Shown in pieces: positions 37,523-47,164 of a stretch of DNA of 64,000 nucleotides. The notes beneath the pieces were generated by a model. That model was not told where the DNA came from, did no database searches, and was given only the letters and a program-made list of their open reading frames with translations. Origin of the DNA: a phage; NCBI GenBank assembly GCA_028130375.1, contig GCA_028130375.1_3658.1; one strand, given 5' to 3'. Position 1 is the stretch's first letter; every line of letters starts with the position of its first letter. Both the position numbers and the translations under genes were made by a program.

Positions 37523-40300
37523 ATGAGCATGTGGTCGTTCGATTTTGAGTCATCCGGTTTGCTGGAAGACCCAGATCTTTATTATCACTGCGGTCTGTTT
37601 AAAGAGCTGAATAAGAACCGTTTTATGCTGTTCCTTCCTCTAAATGACCGCACACACTACTCCGAGGAGGATATGGAGAAGGCTAAGAACTTTATTCTGG
37701 CAAAGAAAACTCTTTATAAAGATTTTGAAGTTCGCATAGCAGATTTTTCGGAGTTGGAAGGTTGGCTCACAGGCAATTCCGACTGGTCACCAACAGCTTT
37801 GAACTGCCATAACTGCTACAGTTATGACTTTATGCTGATGGAAAGATTATCCGGTATTCATTTTGATATGTTCCGTGATCCTAAATGCATGGGGACTATC
37901 AACGACCACCAGGTTAACCTGTTTGATACGTTGGCGATGAGCCGAATCTTATGGCCTGATCGCCCTTTACCAAAAGGTTGTCCTGACTCCGTATTCAACC
38001 CGGTTACTAAGAAAATGCAGCCTGTTGGTCCTCACGGCCTTATGGCATGGGGCTACGCCCTTGGTAACCAGAAAGTTCAAATTGATGACTGGCGCGATCT
38101 TCCGTTGTGGAAGTATGTGGATCGTGTATTCGAGGACGTTATCATCCAGGAGCTGCTCTGGAAAGAGCTGGTAGCGGAATCAAAAGGTGTATTCTACGGC
38201 AAATCTGACATGCAGAACTTTATGTACGATCCTGCCAAAGAGAAGCCGAAAGGGTTCAAGAAGATCACCTGGAAGAACGCATTGCGCCGGGGTATGCTGC
38301 AACACTTCCTGATGGAGCTGCAGGCCCGTCAGGGTGTGTATTTTGACATAGATGGAGCTATTGCTTTACGTGACCGTTGCGATGCGTGGATGAAAGAAAT
38401 CGCTGATCGTGTTGAACCGCAACTACCTTTAAAAGAGCTGTCAATGTCTCAGCGGCCCAAGTTCCCTGAAAAGCCGTTTAACCAAGATGGGACAATCTCC
38501 AATAATGGTTGGAAATGGTTAAAAGATAAGCTTGGCTATCCTGTAGATATGAGCGCTTTAGAGTTCAAAGCCCCGCCTAAGCGAGCATTTACCTCTACAG
38601 GAGATGTCAGTAAGATGGGGATAAAATGGTGTGAAGAGATGGGCTGCAAAGACCCCGATAAGATGGCTGATTTCTTGAGAGGCTATATTAAGGGCACCTC
38701 CACACCACAACCTTTACCTAAAGAGCTAATGGATCAGGCAATAAGTGATCTACAGCAGAAGCGAATGCCGGACTGCAAGATACCTATGAAAATCAGCAAC
38801 CAGGACGACATTAAGCGATACCTGATCAGTGCTGGTTGGCTTCCAACAATGTGGAGAACTAAGGATGTAACTAAAGACAGCAAGAAGAAAGCTCTACCTG
38901 ATGCAGATGTTGATGCACGAGTATATGCATATATGGACGAGCTTTTAGAGTCAGAGTATTGTGACCTGATTATCAACTTCTGGAACAAAACTGATGCTAA
39001 GTTCCAGACAACCGTGCACAAGTTCCGAAGCTTTCCTAACTCCGAAAGGATTAAAAAGGAAGTATTCGGGAAAATACGTAGAAAAGCTAGGGCACTTATT
39101 ACTTCTCCGCAACTGAAAGATACGTTTGGACACCTATGCCCTAATCTTGAAAAATTGAACGGAGAGATGGCTAAAGATATCGTCTTGTGGTTATCATTGC
39201 GAAACCGCAGATCGGTCCTTGATCCAATCAAGGAGGATAAGGTTGATACTGGTCTTCTTAATCACCCACGTTTGAAGATTGACCATAAGCTTCCTGCTAA
39301 AAGTTCTGGATTAACAAACACTTCCCGACAGAAACACAGTATTTGTGCAAACATGCCTAAACCATCTCCTAAAGTGGTTATGGGTAAAGAGATGCGTAGT
39401 CTGTGGGGTGTTCCTCCAGGATACTTTGAGATCGGTATTGACGGGTCCAACTTAGAGCAGCTTATCGGGGCTTGGGGTGCCTTTGAGTTCGACAACGGCC
39501 TGTATTACGATGTTGTAAGTAACGGGGACGCACACCAAAACAATGCTGAGGCATATACAAAAGTAGCAGGTAGAGAGGTGTCTCGTAACGACGGTAAACC
39601 TATCACGTATGGGGTTATGTATGGGGCACAAAAAGATAAAGTTGCAGATATGCTGGACATCTCTCCAGAGTTGGGACAAAGGGTAATCGATGCACTCTGG
39701 GATGCCAACCCTGGTCTTAAGGGGCGTAAAGAAGATCTGGAGAAATTCTGGGAAGCAACGGGTAAGAAGTTTATCTACTCTTTTGATGGTCATGCTATCT
39801 GGACCCGATCTAAACACTCTTTACTTAATGCATACCAACAAAATGGCGGTGCATCGTTGTGTGATTTAGTTGGGATACTCATGCACCACCAAATGGTGAA
39901 GCGTGGGTGGTACGATGAAGGTGTCCGTCGTATTATTTATTACCATGACGAATATCAGCTTCAAGTCCCTGACACACCGAAGTATAAGACTGTGTACACC
40001 TTCGACACAATTGAAGAACTGGAAGCATTTAAGGCAGAACAGGAGGCCAAACTTCATGTGTTCGACGGTCATAAGTACAAAAAGGCACGCAAAGATGAGG
40101 ACGGAAACGAAGTAGTTGACAGGGACGGAAACACGGTGTACGATCCTATCCTGAACGATGACGGAAAGCTTGAGCTTATCTGGAGCCCTGTGGGTGAAAT
40201 GGTGGTGCATTGCTTCTGGCAAGCTTCTAAAATGATGGGAGTCCCGTTCCAGATCACAGGTGAATACCTGTGTGGTCGTAATTGGGGTGATTGTCACTAA
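37523..40300 (+). CDS. DNA polymerase, family A, with 3'-5' exonuclease domain
   Basis: 925 aa; Exo I FDFESSG; motif A-like IGIDGSNLEQL, motif B-like RNDGKPITYGVMYG, motif C YYHDEYQL. Confidence 0.9.
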   Translation: MSMWSFDFESSGLLEDPDLYYHCGLFKELNKNRFMLFLPLNDRTHYSEEDMEKAKNFILAKKTLYKDFEVRIADFSELEGWLTGNSDWSPTALNCHNCYSYDFMLMERLSGIHFDMFRDPKCMGTINDHQVNLFDTLAMSRILWPDRPLPKGCPDSVFNPVTKKMQPVGPHGLMAWGYALGNQKVQIDDWRDLPLWKYVDRVFEDVIIQELLWKELVAESKGVFYGKSDMQNFMYDPAKEKPKGFKKITWKNALRRGMLQHFLMELQARQGVYFDIDGAIALRDRCDAWMKEIADRVEPQLPLKELSMSQRPKFPEKPFNQDGTISNNGWKWLKDKLGYPVDMSALEFKAPPKRAFTSTGDVSKMGIKWCEEMGCKDPDKMADFLRGYIKGTSTPQPLPKELMDQAISDLQQKRMPDCKIPMKISNQDDIKRYLISAGWLPTMWRTKDVTKDSKKKALPDADVDARVYAYMDELLESEYCDLIINFWNKTDAKFQTTVHKFRSFPNSERIKKEVFGKIRRKARALITSPQLKDTFGHLCPNLEKLNGEMAKDIVLWLSLRNRRSVLDPIKEDKVDTGLLNHPRLKIDHKLPAKSSGLTNTSRQKHSICANMPKPSPKVVMGKEMRSLWGVPPGYFEIGIDGSNLEQLIGAWGAFEFDNGLYYDVVSNGDAHQNNAEAYTKVAGREVSRNDGKPITYGVMYGAQKDKVADMLDISPELGQRVIDALWDANPGLKGRKEDLEKFWEATGKKFIYSFDGHAIWTRSKHSLLNAYQQNGGASLCDLVGILMHHQMVKRGWYDEGVRRIIYYHDEYQLQVPDTPKYKTVYTFDTIEELEAFKAEQEAKLHVFDGHKYKKARKDEDGNEVVDRDGNTVYDPILNDDGKLELIWSPVGEMVVHCFWQASKMMGVPFQITGEYLCGRNWGDCH

Positions 40301-40349
40301 TGTAAACTATCAACACATGGAAGTGTTGTTGAGCAAAGAGGAGACTTTT

Positions 40350-40667
40350 ATGGTAGTAGAACCAACAAAAACATTTACATCCATGACTATCCCTGTTATT
40401 ATGCAGGTGGAGTGTGTTCAGGTATCTCAAGTGTGGCCAGGCACTAAAATCCCAACAGGGCCTGATTTCTTTCAGGTTGGGAAAGTGTACAATGTCTGGA
40501 AGGCACCAGATTGTCACCCTTTCATTAAAGAGAAGGCACCAAATTGCTACCCTTTCATCAAAGATGACCGTGGAATGCTGTGGTATCTTGGAAATGATTT
40601 GACACTGCACCTTGGGAATGCTATTATTGCAGTATTCAGACTTAACAAGAAGGAGACTGATCAATGA
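40350..40667 (+). CDS. Hypothetical small protein
   Basis: ORF trimmed to ATG 40350 after gaggag; contains internal tandem repeat HPFIKEKAPNCYPFIKDD. Confidence 0.35.
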   Translation: MVVEPTKTFTSMTIPVIMQVECVQVSQVWPGTKIPTGPDFFQVGKVYNVWKAPDCHPFIKEKAPNCYPFIKDDRGMLWYLGNDLTLHLGNAIIAVFRLNKKETDQ

Positions 40668-40891
40668 CGACTTTGGTTAAAGCTACCTTTGTAGAAGAAA
40701 AGATGACAGACCTGTCATTCTTTAAAGAAGGAAAGACCTACGAGGTTTATTACGATAAAGCTCGTGCAAACAAGATGATTAAAGACGAGGAAGGGATTGC
40801 CTGGTTTATCTCCCATCTGGCAAACGGTGAGTATCATATCTACGGAACCACCCTGCTTGCCAAGTTTGTAGCTGTTGAAGAGGACCTATGA
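40664..40891 (+). CDS. Hypothetical small protein
   Basis: 75-aa ORF, ATGA overlap. Confidence 0.4.
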   Translation: MTTLVKATFVEEKMTDLSFFKEGKTYEVYYDKARANKMIKDEEGIAWFISHLANGEYHIYGTTLLAKFVAVEEDL

Positions 40892-41082
40892 AAGTAAAGT
40901 ATCTGGCTGAGGGTATGAGTAGGTATTTCACCCTTGGTGAAGAATATTGGCCCTTTACAAGCAACGGCGATGTCTACGTGAAAGATAATTTCGGCACGCC
41001 GTGGTTTCTGCACCCTAATGGGCTGGGATACTCCATTTACTGCGGTGCAGTGAACAACACAACACTTGCAGAGTTTGTATAG
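40888..41082 (+). CDS. Hypothetical small protein
   Basis: 64-aa ORF, ATGA overlap. Confidence 0.4.
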   Translation: MKVKYLAEGMSRYFTLGEEYWPFTSNGDVYVKDNFGTPWFLHPNGLGYSIYCGAVNNTTLAEFV

Positions 41083-41092
41083 AGGAGGTAGA

Positions 41093-41464
41093 ATGTTAGT
41101 AAAAGGTACCCACACAGTCAAACAACGTATTGAAGTTGAGATTGATGACTGCGAGCTGAAGCATATTTTACGGTCATGCTCCAACGTTTTGCTCCTTAGC
41201 ATTCTTCAGGAGCGAGCAGAGAACGAGTTCTTAAATGCACTGGCAGGCCGTCCTGGTGACTTCTGTGTGCGTAAGCGTGGTGACAACAAGTCATGGCTGT
41301 GGGAAATCGATGCCGACTGGGATTACCACAAAAATGAGGGTATAGATGAGCCTATTCGTGAATTGACAGACAAAGAGGTTCAGATGTACAATGAAGTTTG
41401 TCATTGGGCAACACGCCAACAAATTTACCTCGACCCTGTGTGGTTGATTGAAAATAGTCATTGA
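41093..41464 (+). CDS. Hypothetical protein
   Basis: ORF trimmed to ATG 41093 after gaggaggtaga. Confidence 0.45.
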   Translation: MLVKGTHTVKQRIEVEIDDCELKHILRSCSNVLLLSILQERAENEFLNALAGRPGDFCVRKRGDNKSWLWEIDADWDYHKNEGIDEPIRELTDKEVQMYNEVCHWATRQQIYLDPVWLIENSH

Positions 41465-41540
41465 CAAGAAGTAAGATTAGATATAAGATGCTTCACACAA
41501 ACAGAGCGTTGATTGTTTAACACTTAAGGAGACCGCTAAG

Positions 41541-41795
41541 ATGAAAATTACTTTGAAGCCAGAATGCGTTGCAAATGACCGAGCTTTTAAAGATTGCACA
41601 GTCGGTGCAATTTATGAAGCAGAGTTTTGTGAGAACCCTCTGGTAAAAGCCCTTCTGGAAGAAGGGGCCCCTTTATCACAAGAAGAGATCGATGAGCTGG
41701 AAAACTCAGCACAGTGCCTTACCTTTAAAGATGACGAAGGAGACTCTGTCTGGTGCACTGTTAATGAAGTAGTTTTTGTAAAACCTGAACATTAA
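41541..41795 (+). CDS. Small Cys-containing protein, paralog A
   Basis: 84 aa; KPECVANDRAFKDCT...DDEGDSVWCTVNEV parallels the next gene. Confidence 0.45.
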   Translation: MKITLKPECVANDRAFKDCTVGAIYEAEFCENPLVKALLEEGAPLSQEEIDELENSAQCLTFKDDEGDSVWCTVNEVVFVKPEH

Positions 41796-41798
41796 TAC

Positions 41799-41827
41799 TT
41801 GACAACAGTGATGGGGCCTAATATAAT
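41799..41827 (+). promoter_or_regulatory. Consensus sigma70 promoter TTGACA-17-TATAAT
   Basis: TTGACA 41799-41804, 17-bp spacer, TATAAT 41822-41827; about 30 bp before ATG 41859. Confidence 0.6.
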
Positions 41828-41858
41828 GGCCCTATCAAAACGAAAGGGGACCACAGCA

Positions 41859-42119
41859 ATGACCAAACAATATCAACGAATTAAAGCCAAGGTTAAGCCA
41901 GACTATCTGGAGAAGGACTCTGCTTTTCGGGACTGCACAGCCGACAAAGTTTACACAGGGACTGTCCTGTTGAACGATAAACTTGAAGTAGATGTGCTGG
42001 GTAAAGAGGCCGTTATCGAGGATGACAACGGTGACTGTGTTTTCTGCACCACACGGGAGCTAGAAGTCTTAGAATACTTCGGTGAAATCTTCAACTCCTT
42101 AGACGACGAGGAAGCGTGA
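41859..42119 (+). CDS. Small Cys-containing protein, paralog B
   Basis: Start moved to ATG 41859 downstream of the promoter and RBS aaagggga; KPDYLEKDSAFRDCT...DDNGDCVFCTTREL. Confidence 0.45.
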   Translation: MTKQYQRIKAKVKPDYLEKDSAFRDCTADKVYTGTVLLNDKLEVDVLGKEAVIEDDNGDCVFCTTRELEVLEYFGEIFNSLDDEEA

Positions 42120-42508
42120 TGAAAAATATTTGGGATATTGGTATCTTTGAAGCCTCTAAGCTTGACGGTGCTGATGGGGTGATTATGGTGTCTGATGGCA
42201 AGGCAACACTAACTTCAGGAGATATCATCTATGCCTTGGACGAGCTGGCGCTTCTGAAATCTACCGGTAACACTTTAGAGGAGCGTCTTCAAGGCTTCGC
42301 CTTCAAAGAAGGCACAAATACCGCCATGATGTGCACCACACGGACAGTCCAGGTTGGTAACGGTGTCTATATGATCATTGCTGTGTGTCCTAAATTCAGC
42401 AACGTCAACAAAGATGATGCTGACGCTGTCAACGATGTGGTTGTTCTCTTCGTGGGTGACGCTATGGCAGACCTGATGAATGCAGGAGAAGCGGCAAATG
42501 AAGACTGA
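42116..42508 (+). CDS. Hypothetical protein
   Basis: 130-aa ORF. Confidence 0.45.
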   Translation: MMKNIWDIGIFEASKLDGADGVIMVSDGKATLTSGDIIYALDELALLKSTGNTLEERLQGFAFKEGTNTAMMCTTRTVQVGNGVYMIIAVCPKFSNVNKDDADAVNDVVVLFVGDAMADLMNAGEAANED

Positions 42509-42800
42509 AAACATTACCCCAGCAGGGTTCTTAAAAGTATACCGTGAACTGCTATATACTACAGAGGACAGTGTTCTAGAGTATCCAGAATATCTTTTGC
42601 TGTATAAGTATCTACAGGAAGCTGGTGAAAATCTGCCAGTTAGTGCAGAAGGCGGTCCGAACTGGGTATACAGCGCATGGAGAAAGGTTGACATTCTCCC
42701 AGATCCAGGTAAAGATATGGTAGTTTGGCAGCTTATCAACAACATCGGGATTCCAATCTTTGATGAAGCTGTTAAAATCTATTTTGAACTTAACGATTAA
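42498..42800 (+). CDS. Hypothetical protein
   Basis: ORF trimmed to ATG 42498. Confidence 0.4.
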   Translation: MKTENITPAGFLKVYRELLYTTEDSVLEYPEYLLLYKYLQEAGENLPVSAEGGPNWVYSAWRKVDILPDPGKDMVVWQLINNIGIPIFDEAVKIYFELND

Positions 42801-42817
42801 TATCAGGAGACCTTAAG

Positions 42818-43063
42818 ATGACTGAAGTAGTTGCTCGCGCAGGACAGAAAGTACGTTGTGTTGAAGTAGGTTTTGGTGGCAAAGGGTGTCAAAACTTGAC
42901 TCAAGGTAAGGAATACGCTGTTATTTCTGGTGGTGGCGACGAAAGTATCGTGTTCGAGGGTCACATCCTGGATGCTGAAAACTTTGAAATCTTTGACGAC
43001 GATGGGGATCCGATCACCTGCCTGCTGGACGGGAATTGGGGAACTTTTGAAGTGATTGGCTAA
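42818..43063 (+). CDS. Hypothetical small protein
   Basis: 81 aa, RBS aggagacc. Confidence 0.45.
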   Translation: MTEVVARAGQKVRCVEVGFGGKGCQNLTQGKEYAVISGGGDESIVFEGHILDAENFEIFDDDGDPITCLLDGNWGTFEVIG

Positions 43064-43146
43064 CAAATATCTATTGTAATTTGCAGAAGGGGATGCTAAA
43101 ATAGTGTCTCCTTCTATGTTGTTCAAATAAAATCGGAGATTCCATA

Positions 43147-43512
43147 ATGGAACAAATGAACGATCAAACGTCGGTTGCAATGAACGAGCAAGAACAACCT
43201 CAAGAATTTTTCTTAGGGTTAAGTAAAGATCAAGTGTCTCTTTTGCTAGTGCTTTCTTCTTTCATGGGAAGACTTCAGGAGCTCACACAACAACCGGAGG
43301 CTGAACAATTATTTCAGGCTCTGCGCGAAGAAGAAAAATATCGTCGTTTGGACTATGCCTTAGGTTGGGTAGCTCAACAACGAGATATGCTGATGGCTCT
43401 CTCTGGGACCACAAGTTTTGCAATGGGCCTGTTGGCTCAAGTTCAGGACAAATTAATTCAGGCAGGGTTTGCACACACGGCAAACACTAACGAAGAACAA
43501 GGAGACAAATAA
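43147..43512 (+). CDS. Hypothetical protein
   Basis: 121-aa ORF directly upstream of SSB. Confidence 0.45.
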   Translation: MEQMNDQTSVAMNEQEQPQEFFLGLSKDQVSLLLVLSSFMGRLQELTQQPEAEQLFQALREEEKYRRLDYALGWVAQQRDMLMALSGTTSFAMGLLAQVQDKLIQAGFAHTANTNEEQGDK

Positions 43513-44738
43513 TGAGCGTTATTCAACAATTCGCTAACCCGATGAATCCGCGTGAAACTGTTTTACTGGCTCACGGCATGATTAAACGTGTCAGCATCAA
43601 GCCTATCAAAGGTGCTGATCCTACAACAGGTATTAAAACCACTGTGTGGCAAGGTAAGAAAATTGAATCCAGCCACACCATCTCTTTACTGATTTCTGAA
43701 CTGGATTCCTCTGATAACCTGCTTCAAGGTGGTGAAGAAGTTTGGATCAGTATGGGTGATAAGCTGCTTAAACCTGGTCATCAAGACTCTGTCTCTGTTA
43801 AAATTGATGACAAGTGGGAAACCGTAACGCCGGGATGGATCGTAAATATCCCTTTGAAGGCAAACGAGCATAACGGTAAGACCTATTACAAAGGCTCACT
43901 AGCTAAGATGGTCAAGCTGGGTGCAGGAGAGGCTCCAGCAGCGACCCAGCAGCAAAAACAGCAACAAGGTGCACAATCACAAGGCCAGAAGCAGAAACCT
44001 CAGCAGAATGCCAATCAGGACGTTTTACGCATCTATGGCGATGTGACTCAGATTGTTGGCAACGTGGTTACTGTTAATGACCACAAGATTGGCGAAGGTG
44101 CCATGGTTGTCACTGATGAGCAGCTTAAAGACCTGGTGGTAGGTGGTCGTGTTGCAGCCATTGTTGACAAAGACACCGGAAACATTATCAGTGGTTTCAA
44201 AGCCTATCCACCTAAGGCAGAGAACGGCACCCAAGGCTCTGGTGGCAAGCGTAAATCCTCTTACGACCCTATTGGTGTGGAGACGGGACATAGCATCAAT
44301 GCGTTGCAAATCATCCTAGATCGCGGGTTTAAGGTGGACGACCCACTAAGCGTGGCTAAAACACTGCACGTAGTCACCGTTGAGCTTAAGAAAGAGTATG
44401 CTCAAGCCACCAACCGAACTGAGGATGAAGTAGGTGCCAGTGTCGGTAATGCGGTGTTGAACGCTTGTCGCCGTATTGACAAGAAAACGAAAGTTGATGA
44501 TTTTGCAGCGGCAATTACTGCAGAAGCAAAAGATGTCTTGACTAATCTGGCTGAGCCGTTGTACGATTGGATCAAGAACGGTGCTGGGTCAACTGACCAT
44601 CAAGAACCTCAGGCTGCCAAACAGGAAGCAGCTCCACAGCAAAACACTGTAGACGCTCCTCCTGTAAATGATGAGGAAGATGACCCAATGGATCAGAATC
44701 CAGCACAGTACGCCTTTGATGATGACATCCCTTTTTAA
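43512..44738 (+). CDS. ssb: Single-stranded DNA-binding protein
   Basis: 408 aa; Gln/Gly-rich linker and acidic C-terminus ending DDDIPF, as in E. coli SSB; located in the replication module. Confidence 0.6.
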   Translation: MSVIQQFANPMNPRETVLLAHGMIKRVSIKPIKGADPTTGIKTTVWQGKKIESSHTISLLISELDSSDNLLQGGEEVWISMGDKLLKPGHQDSVSVKIDDKWETVTPGWIVNIPLKANEHNGKTYYKGSLAKMVKLGAGEAPAATQQQKQQQGAQSQGQKQKPQQNANQDVLRIYGDVTQIVGNVVTVNDHKIGEGAMVVTDEQLKDLVVGGRVAAIVDKDTGNIISGFKAYPPKAENGTQGSGGKRKSSYDPIGVETGHSINALQIILDRGFKVDDPLSVAKTLHVVTVELKKEYAQATNRTEDEVGASVGNAVLNACRRIDKKTKVDDFAAAITAEAKDVLTNLAEPLYDWIKNGAGSTDHQEPQAAKQEAAPQQNTVDAPPVNDEEDDPMDQNPAQYAFDDDIPF

Positions 44739-44753
44739 CAATTAGTTAACATA

Positions 44754-44782
44754 GCCCTGCCCGAAAGGGTGGGGCATTTTTG
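44754..44782 (+). terminator. Rho-independent terminator (identical hairpin to 34587-34608)
   Basis: gccctgcccgaaagggtggggc followed by attttt. Confidence 0.65.
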
Positions 44783-44800
44783 TATAATGAGATCTGAAAA

Positions 44801-45217
44801 ATGACATTAGAAGATATCATTGTTAAACCTGAGAACTATGACCAATACAATCTGTCAACTCAATCTGTAGACCTCGGATGCGCCACAGTCAGTGCATGGC
44901 TGGTTAACGGAAAAGAGCTGGATAAATGCTTAGAAGCTCACATGTCTATTAACAAGTTTCTGGATGAAAATACTCACTGGCTTGAAGGTGCAGGCGTATA
45001 TGCTTCATGGTTGGAGAGTATGGGATTCGACTACCAATCTGAAGAGGGGTGGTGGAGCTATTTAGCTATCTGCCCAGAGACGCTGCAATGCTTCATGAAA
45101 TATTCTGAAGATTTGGAGTACCGGGCGGTGGTTGATAGTGCTATTGCCCGTTATAGCCGTAAACCTTTTTCCCACGACATTAAAACTGTGGAAGAATTTG
45201 TTGAAGTTTTCTGTTGA
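44801..45217 (+). CDS. Hypothetical protein
   Basis: 138-aa ORF. Confidence 0.45.
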   Translation: MTLEDIIVKPENYDQYNLSTQSVDLGCATVSAWLVNGKELDKCLEAHMSINKFLDENTHWLEGAGVYASWLESMGFDYQSEEGWWSYLAICPETLQCFMKYSEDLEYRAVVDSAIARYSRKPFSHDIKTVEEFVEVFC

Positions 45218-45313
45218 CACAAGTTGAAAGGTGTGCAATTATAACTTCATAGAACGGGAGGACGTGATGAACGAAGAAAACTGGGATGTATAACTAACAG
45301 GAGGCCACTGCCC

Positions 45314-45511
45314 ATGATTTATCGAATCCGTGTAAGAGAAGATGCACCAGGCTGTTACTTTGACTGGCGTGGGTGGTGGTTTCTCCACCCGATGGATGGA
45401 CTCACAGATAGAATGCTGGATGCTGCCCTTTATACAGATACCGACATAGAATATAATCTCTATCTGAAGGACGGTATAGATAACGGTCTATTTGAAGCAA
45501 TTCCTGTGTAA
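45314..45511 (+). CDS. Hypothetical small protein
   Basis: 65 aa, RBS aggagg. Confidence 0.4.
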   Translation: MIYRIRVREDAPGCYFDWRGWWFLHPMDGLTDRMLDAALYTDTDIEYNLYLKDGIDNGLFEAIPV

Positions 45512-45579
45512 GAGACTGTGATAGCCATGTTTTATGATCTTCCTGTAGCACCACCACCTGTTGAACCCGGAGAACTAAG

Positions 45580-46005
45580 ATGACCTATGAAATGCCAAAA
45601 CTGATTCGTGACGATGCCCAAAACGCCCACACCTTTATCATGGGCAAACGCATGGATATTATTTGTCATAAAGATTTCTGGGAAGGGAGTTACTTCACAG
45701 AGTATTTTGGTAAACTGGACAATGGTCTGCTGATCCAGCTCTACACCGATGCGGAAAACAACATTCACTGGGAGTTCGAAACTGAAGATATCCATAAACT
45801 TTTCACCTTCCTCGGTATTAAGGTTGAGGCCAAGTTTGAAGAAGGTGAGTGCGACGATTGTGGATTCTATGAGGTAACAGATTTCTATCTCCCGAGTGGT
45901 GAGAACCTTTACTATGAAAGCCACTTCGGTAACTCCAATATGCCACAGTGCTGGACTGAGTTTTTTGAAATTGCGGAAGAGGAGCTGGCATACCGTGATT
46001 ATTGA
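45580..46005 (+). CDS. Hypothetical protein
   Basis: 141 aa, RBS ggagaa. Confidence 0.45.
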   Translation: MTYEMPKLIRDDAQNAHTFIMGKRMDIICHKDFWEGSYFTEYFGKLDNGLLIQLYTDAENNIHWEFETEDIHKLFTFLGIKVEAKFEEGECDDCGFYEVTDFYLPSGENLYYESHFGNSNMPQCWTEFFEIAEEELAYRDY

Positions 46006-46453
46006 TACTGTAGAGGGGGATTTAATCTCCCTTTTTAAGAGCGGTGCTGGTCACCTGATCCACGGTTGCAACTGCTTCCACACAATGGGCAAGGGGATAG
46101 CAAAACAGATCGCCCGTGAGTTCCCTCAAGCACTGGCAGCTGACAAAGAGACCAGACATGGTTGCCTAAGTAAACTGGGCGCGTTCTCAAGATGGGAGCA
46201 CTTATCTCCGATAGGTATTGTCTACGGAATAAATCTGTATACTCAGTTCTACCCAGGGCCTAATGCTGAATATTTCTCAATCCTGAAAGGCTTTGAGCGA
46301 GTCAATGAGGTATTCGAGGGATCGACTTTACCATTCTACATCCCTAAGATCGGGTGCGGCATAGGCGGTTTGAAGTGGGAACACGTAGAGGACGTTATTA
46401 ACCTTGCCACTTTCGACATAGATATTGTCGTGGTGGAGTACAAAAAGTGTTGA
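45993..46453 (+). CDS. Macro-domain (ADP-ribose binding/hydrolase-like) protein
   Basis: GTG start after gaggag; GDL...HLIHGCNC...MGKGIAKQI and FYIPKIGCGIGGLK resemble the macro-domain signature segments. Confidence 0.55.
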
Positions 46454-46705
46454 CGACAATCTTCTGAGGTGATATAGTTTCCACAACAACTAAGAGAGGA
46501 GAGCACTGTGGAGACTAAAATCTTAATTCTTGCTGTGGTAGATACAACCGAAGGAGCTATATTCGAATCTGCAGGAGGGTATTTCTACCTACCATACGGA
46601 AAAAGAACTTCCGAGCCAAGTAAAGATTCAATCCTCAAAGTGTTCCCGTGTGCTTTCTGGCTGGAGATTTTGGTATAAGATTGCAGAGGATTTGGGAGAG
46701 AATTA

Positions 46706-46899
46706 TGAGAAACAAGAAAGAACTTTACTCTGGTGAGTGGATCAACGATCAACAGGTGGGAGAGGTAACCTGCTTCCGATGTTTTACCAGGTACAATCTT
46801 AAAACTGCACCAAAAAGTGTTCCAAAGACTGACGGTTATTACATAAAAGAACCTCATTGCCCAAAATGTAAATGCCGATTGTACTGGAGCAATCTGTAA
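46706..46899 (+). CDS. Small zinc-ribbon protein
   Basis: Start ATG 46706 after gggagaga; CFRC...CPKCKC. Confidence 0.4.
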
Positions 46900-46903
46900 G
46901 AGG

Positions 46904-46931
46904 TTGACATCTGAAAACTGCAGTGTATAAT
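46904..46931 (+). promoter_or_regulatory. Consensus sigma70 promoter TTGACA-16-TATAAT
   Basis: TTGACA 46904-46909 and TATAAT 46926-46931. Confidence 0.55.
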
Positions 46932-46962
46932 ATACGCATAAACTAACAGAGAGCGATGTATT

Positions 46963-47154
46963 ATGGTAATTTTTAACCGGGATGGTATCATAGTTAGACA
47001 GCACCCGTTCCTTGAATACTATCAAATTGAGCAATGGTGCTACGGGGATTGCAGTCACTCCTATGGACAAAGTTGGGGGTATCGCACAGTTTTTGAATCA
47101 ACAGATCTTGACAAAGTAAGACAGAAAGTTTTAGAACTTCTTAACAACAAGTGA
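46963..47154 (+). CDS. Hypothetical small protein
   Basis: 63-aa ORF downstream of the promoter. Confidence 0.35.
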   Translation: MVIFNRDGIIVRQHPFLEYYQIEQWCYGDCSHSYGQSWGYRTVFESTDLDKVRQKVLELLNNK

Positions 47155-47164
47155 GTATCGTGCC

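Noticed and set aside
35605-39817. Antisense ORFs inside the primase-helicase and DNA polymerase genes (e.g. 35605-36291, 38734-39231, 39452-39817)
   Set aside because: They overlap genes with clear catalytic motifs on the opposite strand; translations are Cys-rich and low-complexity.
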